Below, in pieces: positions 36,481-50,819 of a stretch of DNA of 64,000 bases. The number at the start of each line of letters is the position of its first letter. The first letter of the stretch is position 1. The notes beneath the pieces were generated by a model. The model saw only the letters and a program-made list of their open reading frames with translations, ran no database searches and was not told the DNA's origin. Source of the DNA: Chiloscyllium plagiosum (lineage: Eukaryota); NCBI RefSeq assembly GCF_004010195.1, contig NC_057749.1:6167933-6231932 (forward strand). The letters run 5' to 3'. The translations under genes were made by a program, and so were the position numbers.

Positions 36481-38634
36481 ACCTGCTGTGCTTGTTCAGC
36501 TTCACGTATATTGACTCTGGCTTCCAACACCTGCAGTTCTTCCTGTCCCCTAGTTTTTGAAAGAGTGCTGAGTTCCAAAGTGGAGTCATCCTCCCAACAG
36601 TCAGGGCCCCTTAGAATCAGAATATATTTCTTCAAGATCACCTCTCACTCTTCTAAGCACCAATGAATCAGTACACATACCTCATTTCAGGCCATGATAC
36701 ACTCTGAGTTCCCATTACATATATTTTTGATGAATGTCTTGAAGGAAAAGAGAGACGTTAAGCCATGATCTTTCCCCAGCAACTGATATTGAAGAAAAAC
36801 TTGGTAAACCATAACGCAAGTGGAAAATGTTTTAAGCTTACAATGGGAGGAACAAAGACCTTTCGAGATAAATTAAAGCAGAACATGGTTGACGCTGCCA
36901 AAGAAGCTGCTAAGAATTCCATCTCGTTCCCCACATGTAAAGAAAACAAGGGCTTCAGAAGCAAATATTTATGTGAATATTCCTTTAGTGAATTGACTTG
37001 TGAAATTTTGCAGTGAATGTAGACAGATTATACCAAAAACTCTCCAATTTGGGTTTTAGCACCTTACTAAGTAAGATTTTAAAATATCACATAAACGGCG
37101 GACAGGGTTGGCTGGCTAGCACTCTCAATGGTTCAGAAGCTTAATTCATGGCTCATTTTGATGCTGGACTTTATAGCCTGACATGATGTGGGTCTGACCC
37201 TCACTGTAGAGTGAGTTAACTCATTGCAGCCAAGAGAGCAGTTCAGGAGTTATAAGCATTATGAGGACCTTGGACCAAGTCAAAGGTCAAAATGGGCAGG
37301 CAGACCTTCTACTTGTGACCCTGTTCAACCTGGCATCTACCAGGTGCAGATGGAATGTGAGGAGCACCCAGGTTAGCTGCAAGGATAATATCCTCAAATA
37401 GCTCACTTGTGCTCACTGCCTGTGCAGTGAAGATTAGTCAATTTGGTGAGATTCTGGAATTTGGTGAGTGCCTATTGAGCCATTAGAGTGTGCCTTCGTG
37501 GGAAAACATTGGAGGGATCAATAATATTCAAAATTATTTATTTAATTGATAATATTCTAACAACCTTTTGTCAGATGTTGCAAAAAATGTCTCTGAACAA
37601 GCAATGGGAAATAAAATAAAGACTCATAATCAATATTATCAGAAAAGAATATTTCTTAAAGAATCCCACCCAAGCGATAAATGTAAAAAGATAATTTAGT
37701 CTTTCCCCGCTGCACACCAGTAACATTCCTCTTCAATCTCTTCCTATACAGTTGTGAAAGTGTGTTTTTTAAACAGGTTAACTAATTCATTAGAGTAGCA
37801 CAGAAAGGAATCAACCAGTGCACAGAAAACATCAAACGATAGTGTGACTGCTAAATCTGGAATCTGACTCCAGAATCATTGTAAGATCTACACACCATCC
37901 TAATGCCACAGGTAAGCAGGTTGGATGAGCGAAGAAGACAATGATTAGAGCTGACAGAACATGATATGCCGCCAACTTGTCGAATCGAGAATGAGAAGTG
38001 AAAGATTAAGTTATCTATTTTGTTGGGATTTTTTTCCCCATTTTAAGAATGGGAATTATTTTGTTTGCAGGGAGTTTGCTTGTCGATGTCATCAATCTGT
38101 GTTAGATGCATGAATGGAGAGCACATGATGTTAATTCTCAAGATACGAGCGTCGCTATCTGGCCTAACATTTATCACTTAGCCTTGGTTGGACCATCATG
38201 CAATTAACTGACTTGTGGGCTACTTTAGGGAGTGGTTAAGACTCAACCACATTGGTGTTATGTATGGTCCATATCCCAGGTAAAGACAGCATGTACAATC
38301 TCCCTATAAAACATCAATGAATCAGTTGACCTTTATGTCAGATTAGCAGTTAGTTTTATTTCTATTATATAATTTGCAAATATATTTTTAAACAGAATTA
38401 CAATTTGAACTTATTTTTTCTGAATTTCTAGTCGAGTAACAGAAACAGTACATGACCAGGTCCTACGGTGGCAACTAAAAAGAAGTCAATTTGTCTAGTA
38501 AAGAAATACCTTGTAAAATTTGCATATAATAATAATTCTCACTTTGAAGTCATTGTATGTCTGGTGACACATAGCTGTTCTTTCACCATTGATCTCAAGG
38601 TAAGACCATGCAGTCCAAGGCTGAGGTGACATTA

Positions 38635-38846
38635 AGGCTGAAAATGTGTTGCTGGAAAAGCACAGCAGGTCAGGCAGCATCCAAGGAGCAGGAGAATCGA
38701 CGTTTCAGGCATGAGTCCTTCAGGAAGAAGGACTCATGCCCGAAACGTCGGTTCTCCTGCTCCTTGGATGCTGCCTGACCTGCTGCGCTTTTCCAGCAAC
38801 ACATTTTCAGCTCTGATCTCCAGCATCTGCAGTCCTCACTTTCTCC
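38635..38846 (+). mobile_element. Fold-back Penelope-like element (family A)
   Basis: Inverted arms. TSD ctgaggtgacatta at 38621-38634 and 38847-38860. Confidence 0.85.
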
Positions 38847-39386
38847 CTGAGGTGACATTACGTTATGCTTGATTTCTCATTCTAGATGACACAGACCTTT
38901 TCAAGGCTTGAAAATTGTCATCATCATTTGGAATAAGATATCAAACACAGCATACCAATCTCCAGTTCTGGAGAAGAGTTGCTGTTCTCAAGACATTGGC
39001 TCTGCTTTCTCTCCACAGATCCTGCCAGACCGGCTGAATTTATTGAATCATATATTCCCCACAGTGTGAAAAGAGGCCATTCAGCCCATCAAGCCTGCAC
39101 TAACCCTCCAAAGAGCATTCCATCCAGACCAGCATCCCAACCCTATCCCCTTAACTCAACACTTATCATGGCTGGTCGGCATGGACGGGTTGGACCGAAG
39201 GGTCTGTTTCCATGCTGTACATCTCTATGACTATGACTCTATAACCTGCACATCCATGCTGAATTTCTTCAGCCGTTTCTGTTTTAGTTTCATTGTAATT
39301 TTCCCTTCATTATTCTTTCACAGCTTGTGAACTTCCCTAGTTAGTCAGCATTAATTCCTTATTTAATTGCCTTTGGGAAGGTAGCA

Positions 39387-39510
39387 GGAGAAAGTGAGGA
39401 CTGCAGATGCTGGAGACCAGAGTTGAAAAATGTGGTGCTGGAAAAACACAGCAGGCCAGGCAGCATCCGAGTAGCAAGAGGCATTTCGGGCATAAGCCCT
39501 TCTTCAGGAA
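39387..39510 (-). mobile_element. Single-arm family A element
   Basis: Arm sequence flanked by ggaaggtag(c/t)ag direct repeats. Confidence 0.75.
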
Positions 39511-40609
39511 GGTAGTAGTGAGCTGCCCTCTTGAACTGCTGTCATCCTTGTGGTGTAGAAACATTTCAGTTAGAAAGGAAGATCCTGACCCAAAATGATG
39601 GACTGCACGCAACCCAGAGAAAGAAATTCCCAAAGAGATGTCGGGTGTCCCCACTATTTCATCAGACAGTCAAACTTTCACATCAAAAACAATCATTGGA
39701 CAAGTCCGTCAAACATCATTAACTAACTAAAAGCAAAATACAATGGATGCTGGGAATCTGAAGTGAAAACAGAGAATGTTAGAGAAGCTCAACAGGTCTG
39801 GCAGCATGTTTGGAAATTGAACAGATCAATCATTTTGAAAGCTTGTGTTTTCAAATAAACCCGTTGGACTATAACCTGGTGTCGTGTGATTTTTGACTTT
39901 GTCCATCCCAGTTCAACACCTCTACATTTTGAGTCCAGTATGACTTCTTGGAAAATCAATCAGAGTTAACAGTTCGGGTCAAGAATGTCTGAGGAGGGGT
40001 GACTCGAGCCAAGACATTAACTCTCATTTTTGTCCACAGATGCTGCCAGACCTGCTGAGCTTTTCCAGCAAAACTTTGTTTTCTTTCTGTTTTACTGCAT
40101 CCTCAAATCTTTTGGTTTTTAAGAAGAGTTGTAACAGAGTCAAAGCTCTCTCCACAGATCCTGTCAAACCTACTGAGTTTCTCCAGCACCCTCTGGTTTT
40201 ATATCATTAACCAACTATTCTGATTTGAACTGAATAGCTTCCCTGTGTCATACTTGAGGAATTGGTATGACAATGCATTGGGCAATGCATTCCATGAATT
40301 CAGCAAGTCTGGCAAGATCTGTGGAGAGAAAGCACAGCCAACATCTCAAGTCCAGCAATCCAACTTGCCATAATTCAAGTTCTCCAGTCCAAAATGCTTA
40401 CGATCAAGTCATTTCCAGATAGCATAATTTTCTGGATTACAGAATGTTAGAATGCCTAAATACATGCATGCAAACTGGAAAACACCGCTGATGTAACTAC
40501 TTGCCTGAAACATAAAACAGTGACAAGATTCAAAACTGTTTAATGCAAATTGTGTTGTCCATTCAGGAATATATCGCTGGTGCTTTGCTTGTTTGTTAAA
40601 AAAATACAT

Positions 40610-41040
40610 AGTCATAGACCATACAGCAAGGAAATAGACTGTTTGATCCAACCAATCCATGCTGCTCAAAATCCAAAACTAAACTAGTCCCACCTTCCTG
40701 CTGTTGACCCATACCCATGCAAAACTTTCCTGTTCATGAACTTATCTTAAACGCTGTAATTGTCCCCACATCCTCAGGAAGTTCATTCCATATGCAAACC
40801 ACCCTCTGTGTAAAATATTTGCCCCTCATGTCTTTTTAAATCTCTCTCCTCTCACCTTAAAAATCTACCCCTTAGTCTTGAAATCTCCCATCCTAGGGAA
40901 AAGACACCCATTACTAAGGCCATCTAAAGGGTTATTTTATAAACCTCTGTAAGGTACCTCTCACGTCCTATGCTCCAGTGAAATAAGTCCCAGCCTATCC
41001 AACTGTCCTTTATAACTCAATCCTTCCATGCCTGGCATCA
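40610..41040 (-). mobile_element. Decayed CR1 3' fragment
   Basis: catagtcatag tail and similarity to 13157-13620. Confidence 0.8.
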
Positions 41041-41947
41041 TAATAATAATATCCTTCCTATAACATATAAATGAACATAAATAATAACAATGAAAGAGAA
41101 AAAGTAAATCTTTGCAAAAACTGGCTCTGATTAAATATATTTAAAACTACTTCAGTGCTTCTAAAGCAATTAATGAGGTGATAAACCCATTGTAGAAAAA
41201 ACAAAACATGATGTTTCTTAAAATTTCTGAAGTTTCTTTGAACTTAAGCCCCCTTTTCCATAAATCGTCTAATTTCCCCAGAATTCTAAAGAACTTCACA
41301 CCAAAAAAGAAAACAATGAATAGGCTCCATGAGAATAGCTGCCATCGCCGAACTAAGAGGTAAAATCAATTATAAAACAGTAACAAAAATGATTTGCCTT
41401 ATCCAAGTGTTGTGTCTTTCATTTATCCACTCTCAAAAATACTGTGCGACAATAATGCCAATGACATTGAGGTGTTTCCACACGCTGCTTCACTACAACA
41501 ATAGTTTTTGACATGCTTCAAACATATACTTTTAAAAATACTATGCCCCACAGTTAGAAGGAGGTAAATGTTCATTATCATTCCTGAGACCATGCCTTTT
41601 TGATTTTTTGGCAGTGCATGATCAATCAAGTGACAAATCCACAAGTTGCTCAAACAATCTCCACACAACTGTTGTTTTTGAACACTATGTTTCTGGATGG
41701 TAGAAAGTCTACTGTCTATTCAGAACAACCATAAGAAGGGAAATAGCCAGTTGGAAAGAGCTGGTCTACATGTATACATTATTCAAAAATTCTTTTGTGA
41801 GATTGGGGTATCAGTGACAAGGCTGGCATCCCCAATTGCCCTTGAACTGAGTGGCTTCCTGGGTTGCATTTGAGAGCAAAAGGGCACAAGACACAGCTGT
41901 GGGTCTAAAGTCATGTGTAAGCCGGACGAAGCTAAGGAAGATACATT

Positions 41948-42405
41948 TCATAGTCATAGAGATGTACAGCACAGAAACAGGCCCTTAGGTCCAACTCCTG
42001 TCCATGCCGACCAGATATTCTAAATCAACCTAGTCCCATTTGCCAGGATTTGGCCCATATCCCTCCAAATCCTTCCTATTCATACACCCATCCAGATGAT
42101 TTTTAAATGTTGTAATTGTACCAACCTCCATCACTTTCTCTGGCAGCTTATTACATATACAAACCACTCTCTACCCCTTAGGTCCCTTTCAAAACTGTCC
42201 CCTCTCACCTTAAACCTTTGCCCTCTTGTTTTGGTCTCCCCAACTCTGGAGAAAATACCTTGACTATTCATCCTGTCCATGCCTCTCATAATTTTATACA
42301 CTTCTATAAGGTTCCCCCCTCAGCCCCTGACATTCCGGGGAAAACAGCCCCAGCCCATTCAGCCTCTCCCTATAGCTCAAACCCTCCAATCCTGGTAACA
42401 TCCCT
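41948..42405 (-). mobile_element. CR1 3' fragment
   Basis: catagtcatagagatgtacagc tail and similarity to 19618-20075. Confidence 0.85.
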
Positions 42406-43526
42406 TTCCTATAAGGTATTCATAAACCAGATGGGGTGTTATTGTTTTGGCAAATGATGATTGTTTTATACTTAACATTACTAGCTTCCAATCTATATTG
42501 AATTGAGTTCAAACTTCATTAGCTGCCAATATAGGACTTGAATCAGTGCCTCTAAAGTGTTATCCTGTGCCCCAGGAGTCCTAGCCAAAAGGGATGACCA
42601 CTATCTCCTTGCATGCAGCTCAAGAAGGATGTTTCAAAGTCAAATGTATTTTTTCCATCAAATTACATGTGATATTGCTCACAGTGAGTCAGCCCAATTC
42701 TGGATTTTGTCCAGATCTTGTTGCATTTGAAAATGGACTACTTCAGTATCTGAGGATGGTTTCAGGTGGATTGCACTGTGTGGTTGGTTGAGTTTACAAC
42801 CCGAGAGGAATTGTTAAGATGAATATATTTTGAAAAAATTTTTTTTTAATAAGTGGTTTATTTGACCCTGCTTTGCAGTAAAATCCTACCATTACCTTTA
42901 TGAGAGTGCTTTTGTGGTGCATTGATAGTGTCCCTCCCTCTGGGCCAGGAGGTCTGGCTTCAAGTCTCTCCTCCTCTAGAAGTGTGCTATAACATGTCAG
43001 AGCCAGATGATTTAAAAATATCTGTTTTTTATGAGGATAATGATGGTTTTTGAGTTCCAAATTTCAGTGTGGCACCAAGATAGAAAATAAACCTATTGTT
43101 GTTAAAGGTTATAAATTTATTCCTCGTGAAGATGTATTAAGTCAAACTCCCTTCTTCACTTGTCTCATAATTAGCTTGTGATGACAAAACAGGTCCAACT
43201 TGAATTTATGAATTGATGGAATAGTTGTTATTTAGGGTAAATACAGAGAATGCAAGGTGCTACTTCTTGGAAAAATTTGATTTTCTCAGGAGAGAGCACG
43301 ATAGCAATATCAGGGAGCCCAGCTTTGCTTGATGTGATCACGGAACTGTCTCAATTATAACAAAGGGAGAGTAGTGGGTTGATACACTTTCAAGTTAATT
43401 TGTATGGTCACCAAAGTAAAACAACAGTATTGGTAAAGGGTATCTAGGAGATTTTAATGAGTTTCAGGGAGTAGGGAAGGAGGTAACATAAGGGTCTGTT
43501 ACTCAATACATAGTGACAAATATTAA

Positions 43527-43699
43527 AGTCAAAGAGTGGGGTGCTGGCAAAGCATAGCTGGTCAGGCAGCATCCGAGGAGTTGACGTTTTGGGCATAAGC
43601 CCTTCATCAGGTTGCTCCTCGGATGCTGCCTGACTGGCTGTGCTTTTCCAGCACCACACTCTTCAACTCTGATCTCCATCTGCAGTCCGCACTTTCTCC
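43527..43699 (+). mobile_element. Decayed fold-back element (family A)
   Basis: Inverted arms flanked by tagtgacaa direct repeats (43511, 43700). Confidence 0.78.
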
Positions 43700-44237
43700 T
43701 AGTGACAAGGGTTAAGTATGCAGTAAAATCAAACAAATTAAAAGGCTTCATGGTGGGTGCATTTTCCCTTCCTTATATCCAGTGGAAGTTTGATATCCCA
43801 CGCAACGAAGAACAACTCACACAGCCTCAGAAACCTACATACATCAGCCTCACTGTCTTCATGTGCTCAGCCCTTACCTCATGTTGCTGGTCATCGTAGT
43901 TGTGGTGGGGAACACTTATGATTAAAAAAGAGAAATTGCTCCATTTCCAAGTAACCAATTCTCTTAACCATGTCCCGCAATCTCCTGTGCACCAACAATC
44001 ACAGTTCCAGATCCAGTCTGATCTCAGGGAGGAAAAAAACAGAAATACAGTCCACTGATCCGAATTAAAAAAAATACTACTTCCTCCAAAATGAATGAAA
44101 GGGTCATGGAAGTGAAATTAGAAAGGTCTTTGTGGAAGGGGTTAGCATTTGGCACAATAGACAGGTGTAAGTGGCTGGGTCATCTTGTTTTGTAGGTAAT
44201 TATAGTGTAAAAGTCTACTGCTGGCCTCAGTGTTATA

Positions 44238-44437
44238 AATACAGCGGTCCACAATTAACAAATGCTCATTCTTACAGGCACGATCTCATACAGGGATGTC
44301 ATTTTAAAGACCTGACATACAAACATTCCTGTCCTTATGAATGGTTCCTTTACATTGTGTTCCATCTTGCGTACAAATTGATTTGCAAATGGACTGCAGA
44401 ATGCAACACATTTGCAACCCAAGGACTGCCTATACTG
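44238..44437. mobile_element. Possible decayed pogo/Tigger-type MITE (related end at ~60235-60290)
   Basis: Both loci end in catttg(c/t)aaccca(a/g)ggactgcct(a/c)ta and share gcgtacaaatt. The end resembles a TA-flanked caggcagtcc TIR. Confidence 0.45.
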
Positions 44438-45274
44438 TAAGAGGTCATTACATATCATGACAACTTGCAAATGTTGATCCCTGCTATTCACTTGACCCTT
44501 CGACAATCTGCAACCATTCTGTATTCTATCAGGTTTACAACGACAAGACAGCACCACAGGAGATCCATGGAAAAGCAATGTTCTAAAATGGTCCTAATCA
44601 TACAAGAACATGTGTTGTACAGATTAGATACAACTTGATATGAGCAATGGAAGTTAATTGTGCCTCTGGTGTTTAGGATCATATAACTATAGTCACTGAA
44701 TAGTTCATTTTGCACATTCAAGTGTCCTTCAACATGTTTCCTCAATTTGTTGTGCAATTTACTCTTTTTTTTCCTGAATACGCAGGTCAGGAATATATTA
44801 ATATTTAAGGCAGGAACAAATTATAAAGTAATTTGCAGCAAAATAGCTGGACTCACAATCACGATGCTGATATTCTGATTGTCTAATGAATTCCTTCTAC
44901 ACCAACTTAAGAAATAAGAGCAGGAGGAGGCCATTTGGTCTGCTCTACCATTCTTCAAATCTGCTTTCCTGCCTAGCTTCTGCAACCCTTGGCATGCTCA
45001 AAAATTGAACAATTTGGGTAACTGTTTGATGTTATTTTTATTTTCTATTAAAAACGCACTTAGAAGGTGTGCACTAAGCTCTCCTACTTTAAACCAGTGA
45101 CTGGCCATCCCTCCAGCCTAGGGATGTTAGCACAAGAGTAGGGAGGCAGTGTTCGGAGAGTTGAACGTCCATTTCTAATCACATTCTAGAATCCGCGGGG
45201 AATATTGATGTATGGACATCAGATGAGTTGCGAATGGGACTCCATTGTGACTCCCTCCAGGCAACTTGGTGGGG

Positions 45275-45552
45275 TGGGGGGCATTGTGACTCAGTGGTTA
45301 GCACTGCTGCCTCACAGCACTAGTGATCCGGGTTCAAATTACCCTCAGTTGACTGTGTGGAGTTTTCACATTTTCTGCTTGGGTTTCCTCGAGGTGCTCT
45401 GGTTTCTTTCCACAGTCCAAAGATGTGCGGGTTGGATGGATTGGACAAGGGAAATACAATTGCAGGAATAGGGGGGCGTCTGGGTAGGAAGCTCTTCAGA
45501 GAATCAGTGTGAACTTGATGGGCTGAATGGCTTGTAGAGTTTCTATGATTCT
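45275..45552 (+). mobile_element. Decayed V-SINE
   Basis: Head ctcagtggttagcactgctgcctcacagc and core present. Confidence 0.8.
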
Positions 45553-46599
45553 CAGAAAATTGCCCAGCTCAATTCAAGAATGAAGGACTCCCTGTGTGAA
45601 GTACCAGATGATGGCTAACAGTCTTGGATGTAACCACAATAAATCATCACTGTCTTCAGGTGGAGGAGCTGAACTCTTTTACAGAATATTTTTGGATTGC
45701 ATTGAGATCAGTTGACAAACTACCTGCCAATTGTTACATTTCTAACTTACAATATTTCATAGAACCCATAGCGTATAGGGTTGCAATTCCATTCATTACA
45801 CCCTTGCTAGAGCATCATGTCTGCTTCTCTGACATTCAGTAGGAGATGAACAAAGATTTCCTCTTCGTTTTCCCTTAGAAGACTGAAACCATTGTTTTCA
45901 GTCTTCTGCATCAAACTCCATTCCCTAGCTATTGACTTCATTCCTCTCTGTGGAGAGGTTTTGCCAGTCTGCTCACAACTTTGGAGTCACATCCCAGAAG
46001 GAACAACACAGTAAAACTTGCAAATAATGTATATGGTCCAACTCATTTTGTACACTTTAAAATGGAGCTGCTAAACTTCCAGTGTATGCATTTTAAAAGA
46101 TTTCTGTTTTTCTTTCACTGTTTTTTCCCTCTGGTCTTTGATCCTGATATGAGCTTCCTAACTCAATTTTCTGGTATCACTATGACTGTCTATTTTCATC
46201 TCTGTTATATCATCAATATCACCTCTGTTATGTCATCAACACAATCTCTGTCTCAGCTCGTCTCTAGCGGAAGTCCTCCTTCATGCCTTCATTATCCTTG
46301 GGCTGGACTATTCCAATGCATTCCCAACTAATGTCCGACTTTCTACAAACTTTAAATTTGAGATTATCCTAAACCTTGCTGCCTGTATCTTAACTTGTTG
46401 AAATCCTATTCCCTTCACCCATGTGCATGCTGATCTACATCGGTTCCTGGTCAAACAACATTTTGATTTCAGGATTCTCATCTTTGTCTGCAAATCCTTT
46501 CATAATCTCCCACTTCCTTATCTCTGTAATCATTCCCAGTCTCACAATCCCCCAAGATACCTACACTCCTCCAACTATAGCTTGTTGTAAGACTTTGAT

Positions 46600-47130
46600 T
46601 TTAATTGATTTGATTTGTTGTTGTCGCATGTACCAAGATACAGTGAAAATTGTTGTTTTGTCTGCTAACCAGACAAATCATACTTTACATGAGTACATCA
46701 GGATAATAGAACAGAATGCTGAAAATAGTGTTACAGCTACAGAGAAGGTTCAGAGAAGGATCAACACTAATATATGAGAGGACAGTTCATAAGTCTGATA
46801 ACAGCTGGGAAGAAGCTGTTCCTAAATCTGTTAGCACGTGTTTTCAAACTTTTGCATCTTCTGCCCCATGTTAGAGGGTGGAAGCAGTATAACTGGGGTG
46901 GGGAGGGGTCTTTGATTATGTTGGTTGCTTTCTCAAGTTAGCAGGAAATGTAGGTGGAATTAATGGATGGAGTCTGGTTTGCGTGAATGACTGGGTTGCA
47001 TTCATAACTCTCTGTAATTTCTTGTGTTCTTGGGCAGAGCAGTTGCGATACCATAGGATGCTTCCTATGGTACATCTATAAAAATTGGTAAGAGTGATTG
47101 TGGACATGCCGAATTTCCTTGGATTTCTTG
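46600..47130 (-). mobile_element. Rex1/Babar-type LINE 3' remnant (3'UTR copies also at ~55085-55310 and ~59700-59800)
   Basis: RKFGMSTITLTNFYRCTIGSILWYRNCSAQEHKKLQRVMNATQS (46916-47209). Confidence 0.8.
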
Positions 47131-47817
47131 CTGTGCTTCCGGTGAAATTCCGGCATTGGAATAGGAGCGATGAAACGTCCTGACCCAGTCGACTGGCTCC
47201 CACTGACAATTTCCTCAGGAGCTCAAAACTGAGGGGTGTCTTTTATCCTCTTCAGTCTTTCTCTCCTGTCACAAGCATTCAAAACCCAAGCTGAGTTTCA
47301 TTTAATGCTACACCATGATTTGCCTCACACACGGACATCTTAATTTACCTCAACATTCACCTTTTCATCCTCAGTGGCAAATGAACAGCTTGAGCTTCCC
47401 ATTGAGATTTTCTCATCAACAAATACACATTACTGTACAATACGTTCCATGTGTGGTTAGGTAGAAGAATAATTAGATACATCTTTTTTTCAGAAAAAGC
47501 TTAATGAGCAAATTGACTTATACAGTATTTTGAAATATTGTTCAAATATTGATAAAGTTACTAATGTTATAAAATGCTTTTCTTTTTTTAAAATGTAAAT
47601 AACACAGTCAACATTTGGCAAAGCTTTCTTTTGGAATATGAAAAATAAATTATGAAGAGGATACTTTATACGGCTTTTGCAAAGAAGACACCAACTGTTT
47701 AAGTTATAGCAGGCACTGTAATATTATATTCTAAAATATCTTTTAGAAACCCAGAGGCTGTGGCACAACAAGTTACATGTCTGATTACGAATCCATAATT
47801 TGGAGGCTTGACTCTTA

Positions 47818-48260
47818 GGGGCAGCTCAGTGGCTCAGTGGTTAGCACTGCTGCCTCACAGCGCCAGAGACCCAGGGTCGATTCCAGCCTCGGGTAACTGT
47901 CTGTTGAGTTTGTATGTTCTCCCCATTTCTGCCGTGTGCTCCAGTTTCCTCTCACAGTCCAAAGATGTGCAGGTCAGGTGAATTGGCCATGCTAAATTGC
48001 CCGTAGTGTTAGGTGAAGAGGTAAATGTAGGAGTATGGGTCTGGGTGCTATACGCTTTGGCGGGTCGGTGTGGACTTATTGGGCCAAAGGGCCTGTTTCC
48101 ACACTGTAAGTAATCTAATCTAATCTAATCTAATCTAAACTGCCCAGAGTGTTAGGTGTATTGGTCAGAGGAAAATTGGTCTGAGTGGGTTACTCTTGGG
48201 AGGGTCGGTGTGGACTTGTTGGGCCGAAGGGCCTGTTTCCACACTGTCGGGAATCTAATC
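47818..48260 (+). mobile_element. V-SINE with an (aatct)n tail, followed by a second 3' half
   Basis: Full copy at 47818-48137, then a second 3' segment at 48138-48260. Confidence 0.88.
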
Positions 48261-48549
48261 TTCAAAGAAAGGTGTTAGATCTTATGAACAAAAGTTCATT
48301 GCAAAGCTGCTGTCACATTTTCCCTCCTGTCACATCTTCCTCTTTCATTGCAAATACTTCCATCAAGGAGATTAGTTTCAGTGAGATACAATATGAAAGA
48401 TAAATGCTGGATGGGTAATGTTTAATCACAAAACTCTTCAAAATGCAAGACACCACCAAGAATGAGAGATGGCTAGGAATAAATGCTGGCTGTGTGGTAT
48501 CTCCTGATCATTTGCTGTAGCTTTGGTGAAAGATTCGCAGAAACGTGGA

Positions 48550-49085
48550 AAATAAGAATAGAAGTAGGCCATTCAGCCCTTTGAGTCTGGTCTGCCCATG
48601 TCCATTTCCCTTTACTCCCCTGGCTGACCATCCAACTCAGTACCCTGTTCCATTTTTACCCATTAGCCTTTGATCCCTTTAACGCTAAGATCTGTATCTA
48701 ACTCTCTCTTGAAAACATTCAATGTTTTGACCTCAACCACTTTCTGTGGCAGAGAATTTCTTAGGGTCCCCACTCTCTGGGTGAGCAAATTTCTCTCAGT
48801 CCTAAATGACCTACCCCATATCCTTCAACTGTGACCCCTGATTCTGGACTCCCTGGTCATTGGGAATATCCTTTCTGCATTTTCCCTGTGTGGTTCTGTT
48901 AAAATTTTATAGGAAATCCTGCCACACCCCCATTCTTCTCATCTCCAGTGAACATCATCCTAACCTATCTAGTCTCTCTTCATAAGTCATTGCTGCCTTC
49001 TTCGGAATCAGTCTGATAAACCTCTGTTGCACTCCGTCTATCGCCAGACCGTCCTTCCTCAGAGAAGGAGACCAAATCCACAGAC
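48550..49085 (-). mobile_element. Decayed CR1 3' fragment
   Basis: IWSPSLRKDGLAIDGVQQRFIRLIP...YEERLDRLG (48955-49143). Confidence 0.8.
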
Positions 49086-50494
49086 AGTTCTGGGAACTCC
49101 AAAAGTAGCATAAATGCTCATCGTGTTGATTCTTCAGATTCAATCAAAGGCCCATCAGGGAATTCAGCCCTGTGATCTTTGGGCTTACATTTAACCTATT
49201 TCATTTCATGTTTTAAAGCAACATAGAGGATATGTCTATGTCCTGGTTGCCTATTGGTGGAGCTGAGTTCCTCTTACCGTCACTACAAACTTGGCTCATT
49301 CAGGATTCAACGCCATCCCCTCTCTTCCTCCACAAAGTAAACACAAGTACTAGACATTAAAAGGCAGGGCAGTCTCAGTTTCCAAAGGGCAACTGAAATC
49401 ATCATTGAAACAATTACATGGTTTATCCGAATGGGTTTGTCTCTCTATGGGAGTGTGCATTCAGGCATGTCTCACACACTAGTGTGATACAGAACAAGCT
49501 CAATCTGCAAAGGACACAGCTACAGAGTCATCTGGTTCATCAGCTGTAACAGTGATCATCAGGGATATCCGAGTGACACTAAGGAATCTCGTTGTGGCCC
49601 TTTGTAAAACGTTAACAAACAACCTTCATTAGAAGCAACAGTAGGCCGATACCCATTGTGTTGTAGCTCTGTAATATGTTCCTAGCCATCCACTATTGTC
49701 AGTCTTTCTCTGACTGTTAAGGATTATTGATCAAGAACAGCATTCCATTTGAACTAATGATAAACTTGATAACTGCATTTCAAGACAGAAATATGAACAG
49801 AGAAGAGAGATGAGAAACTAAAAGTATGCTTTTCAGTAAGGCTGGGATTAATTTTACTTTATTGTAAGTCAAATAGATGTATTTATATTGACAGATATAC
49901 CTGACAGTATTAGAATTTTTTTTAGAACTTTTCAAATCAACTATGACCAGCTTCCTTCCATTATCAAAAAAACTGTGGTATTGTTTAGCCACAAGATTTC
50001 CACTGTGGATGTTAGTGCACAATGGGGAGGCAGAGATAGTTACATGAAGCCTTTACATACATGCACATTCTGCCATTTTAGTTCCTACTGTGTATTTTTC
50101 AAAGGGAATTAAATCCATCTGTCTTCTTGTTTCATCAACCTAGCCTCTAATACATTCTCTCTAAAAGTGCACCAGCCATCAGATTTGGGGAAGGCCAGGC
50201 AGAGTTAAAGGTAGTGCAGCTTTAATACCCACCTCACTCGTTTCTATTTACTTATTGAATGTAGAATAAAACATACTTGGAAAATAAGCAAATGTAAATA
50301 CCTAGCTCATTTGCTACAATAAACATGAAAATAAAATGTGCGCAAAAGTGACTCATTGTATTTCTGGACAGCCAGTGGAAGTTAAAGAAGAATGGTATTT
50401 CTCTGTGAGGAAGGAAGGGGAAAATCAGTGAACGTGAGAGCGTGTGGCATAGAGAGTGTTAGTGAATGTGTCTGTGTGTGAGAGAGAAATGGAG

Positions 50495-50812
50495 AGTCAT
50501 AGAATCCCGACAGAGTGGAAACAGGCTATTCTGCCAATCAAGTCCACACCAATCCTTTGAAGACCATCCATTTACCAAAGCTAACCCACCTAGTCTGCAC
50601 ATCCCTGGACACTATGAGAAATTTAGCTGGGTCAATCCATCTAACCTGAACATCTTTGAACTGCTTGAACAAAATCAGCTCTCCCAAAGGAAACCCACAC
50701 AGACACAGGGAGAATGTACAAACTTCACACAGCCAGACACTCAAGAGTGGAATTGAACCCAGGTCCCTGGTGCTGTGAGGTAGGAGTGCTAATCATTGAG
50801 CCACTGTACTGC
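50495..50812 (-). mobile_element. Decayed V-SINE
   Basis: Reverse-complement head and core. Confidence 0.78.
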
Positions 50813-50819
50813 CTGAGAC

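Noticed and set aside
6219..38860. CRISPR array or bacterial IS/terminator interpretation of the palindromes
   Set aside because: The context is eukaryotic, the copies are dispersed with individual TSDs, and there is no repeat-spacer periodicity.
1644..43899. Recurring peptides such as MCCWKSAAGQAASKEQENRRFG and MLEIRAENVLLEKRSRSG as a multigene family
   Set aside because: They are incidental translations of the non-coding fold-back repeat arms.
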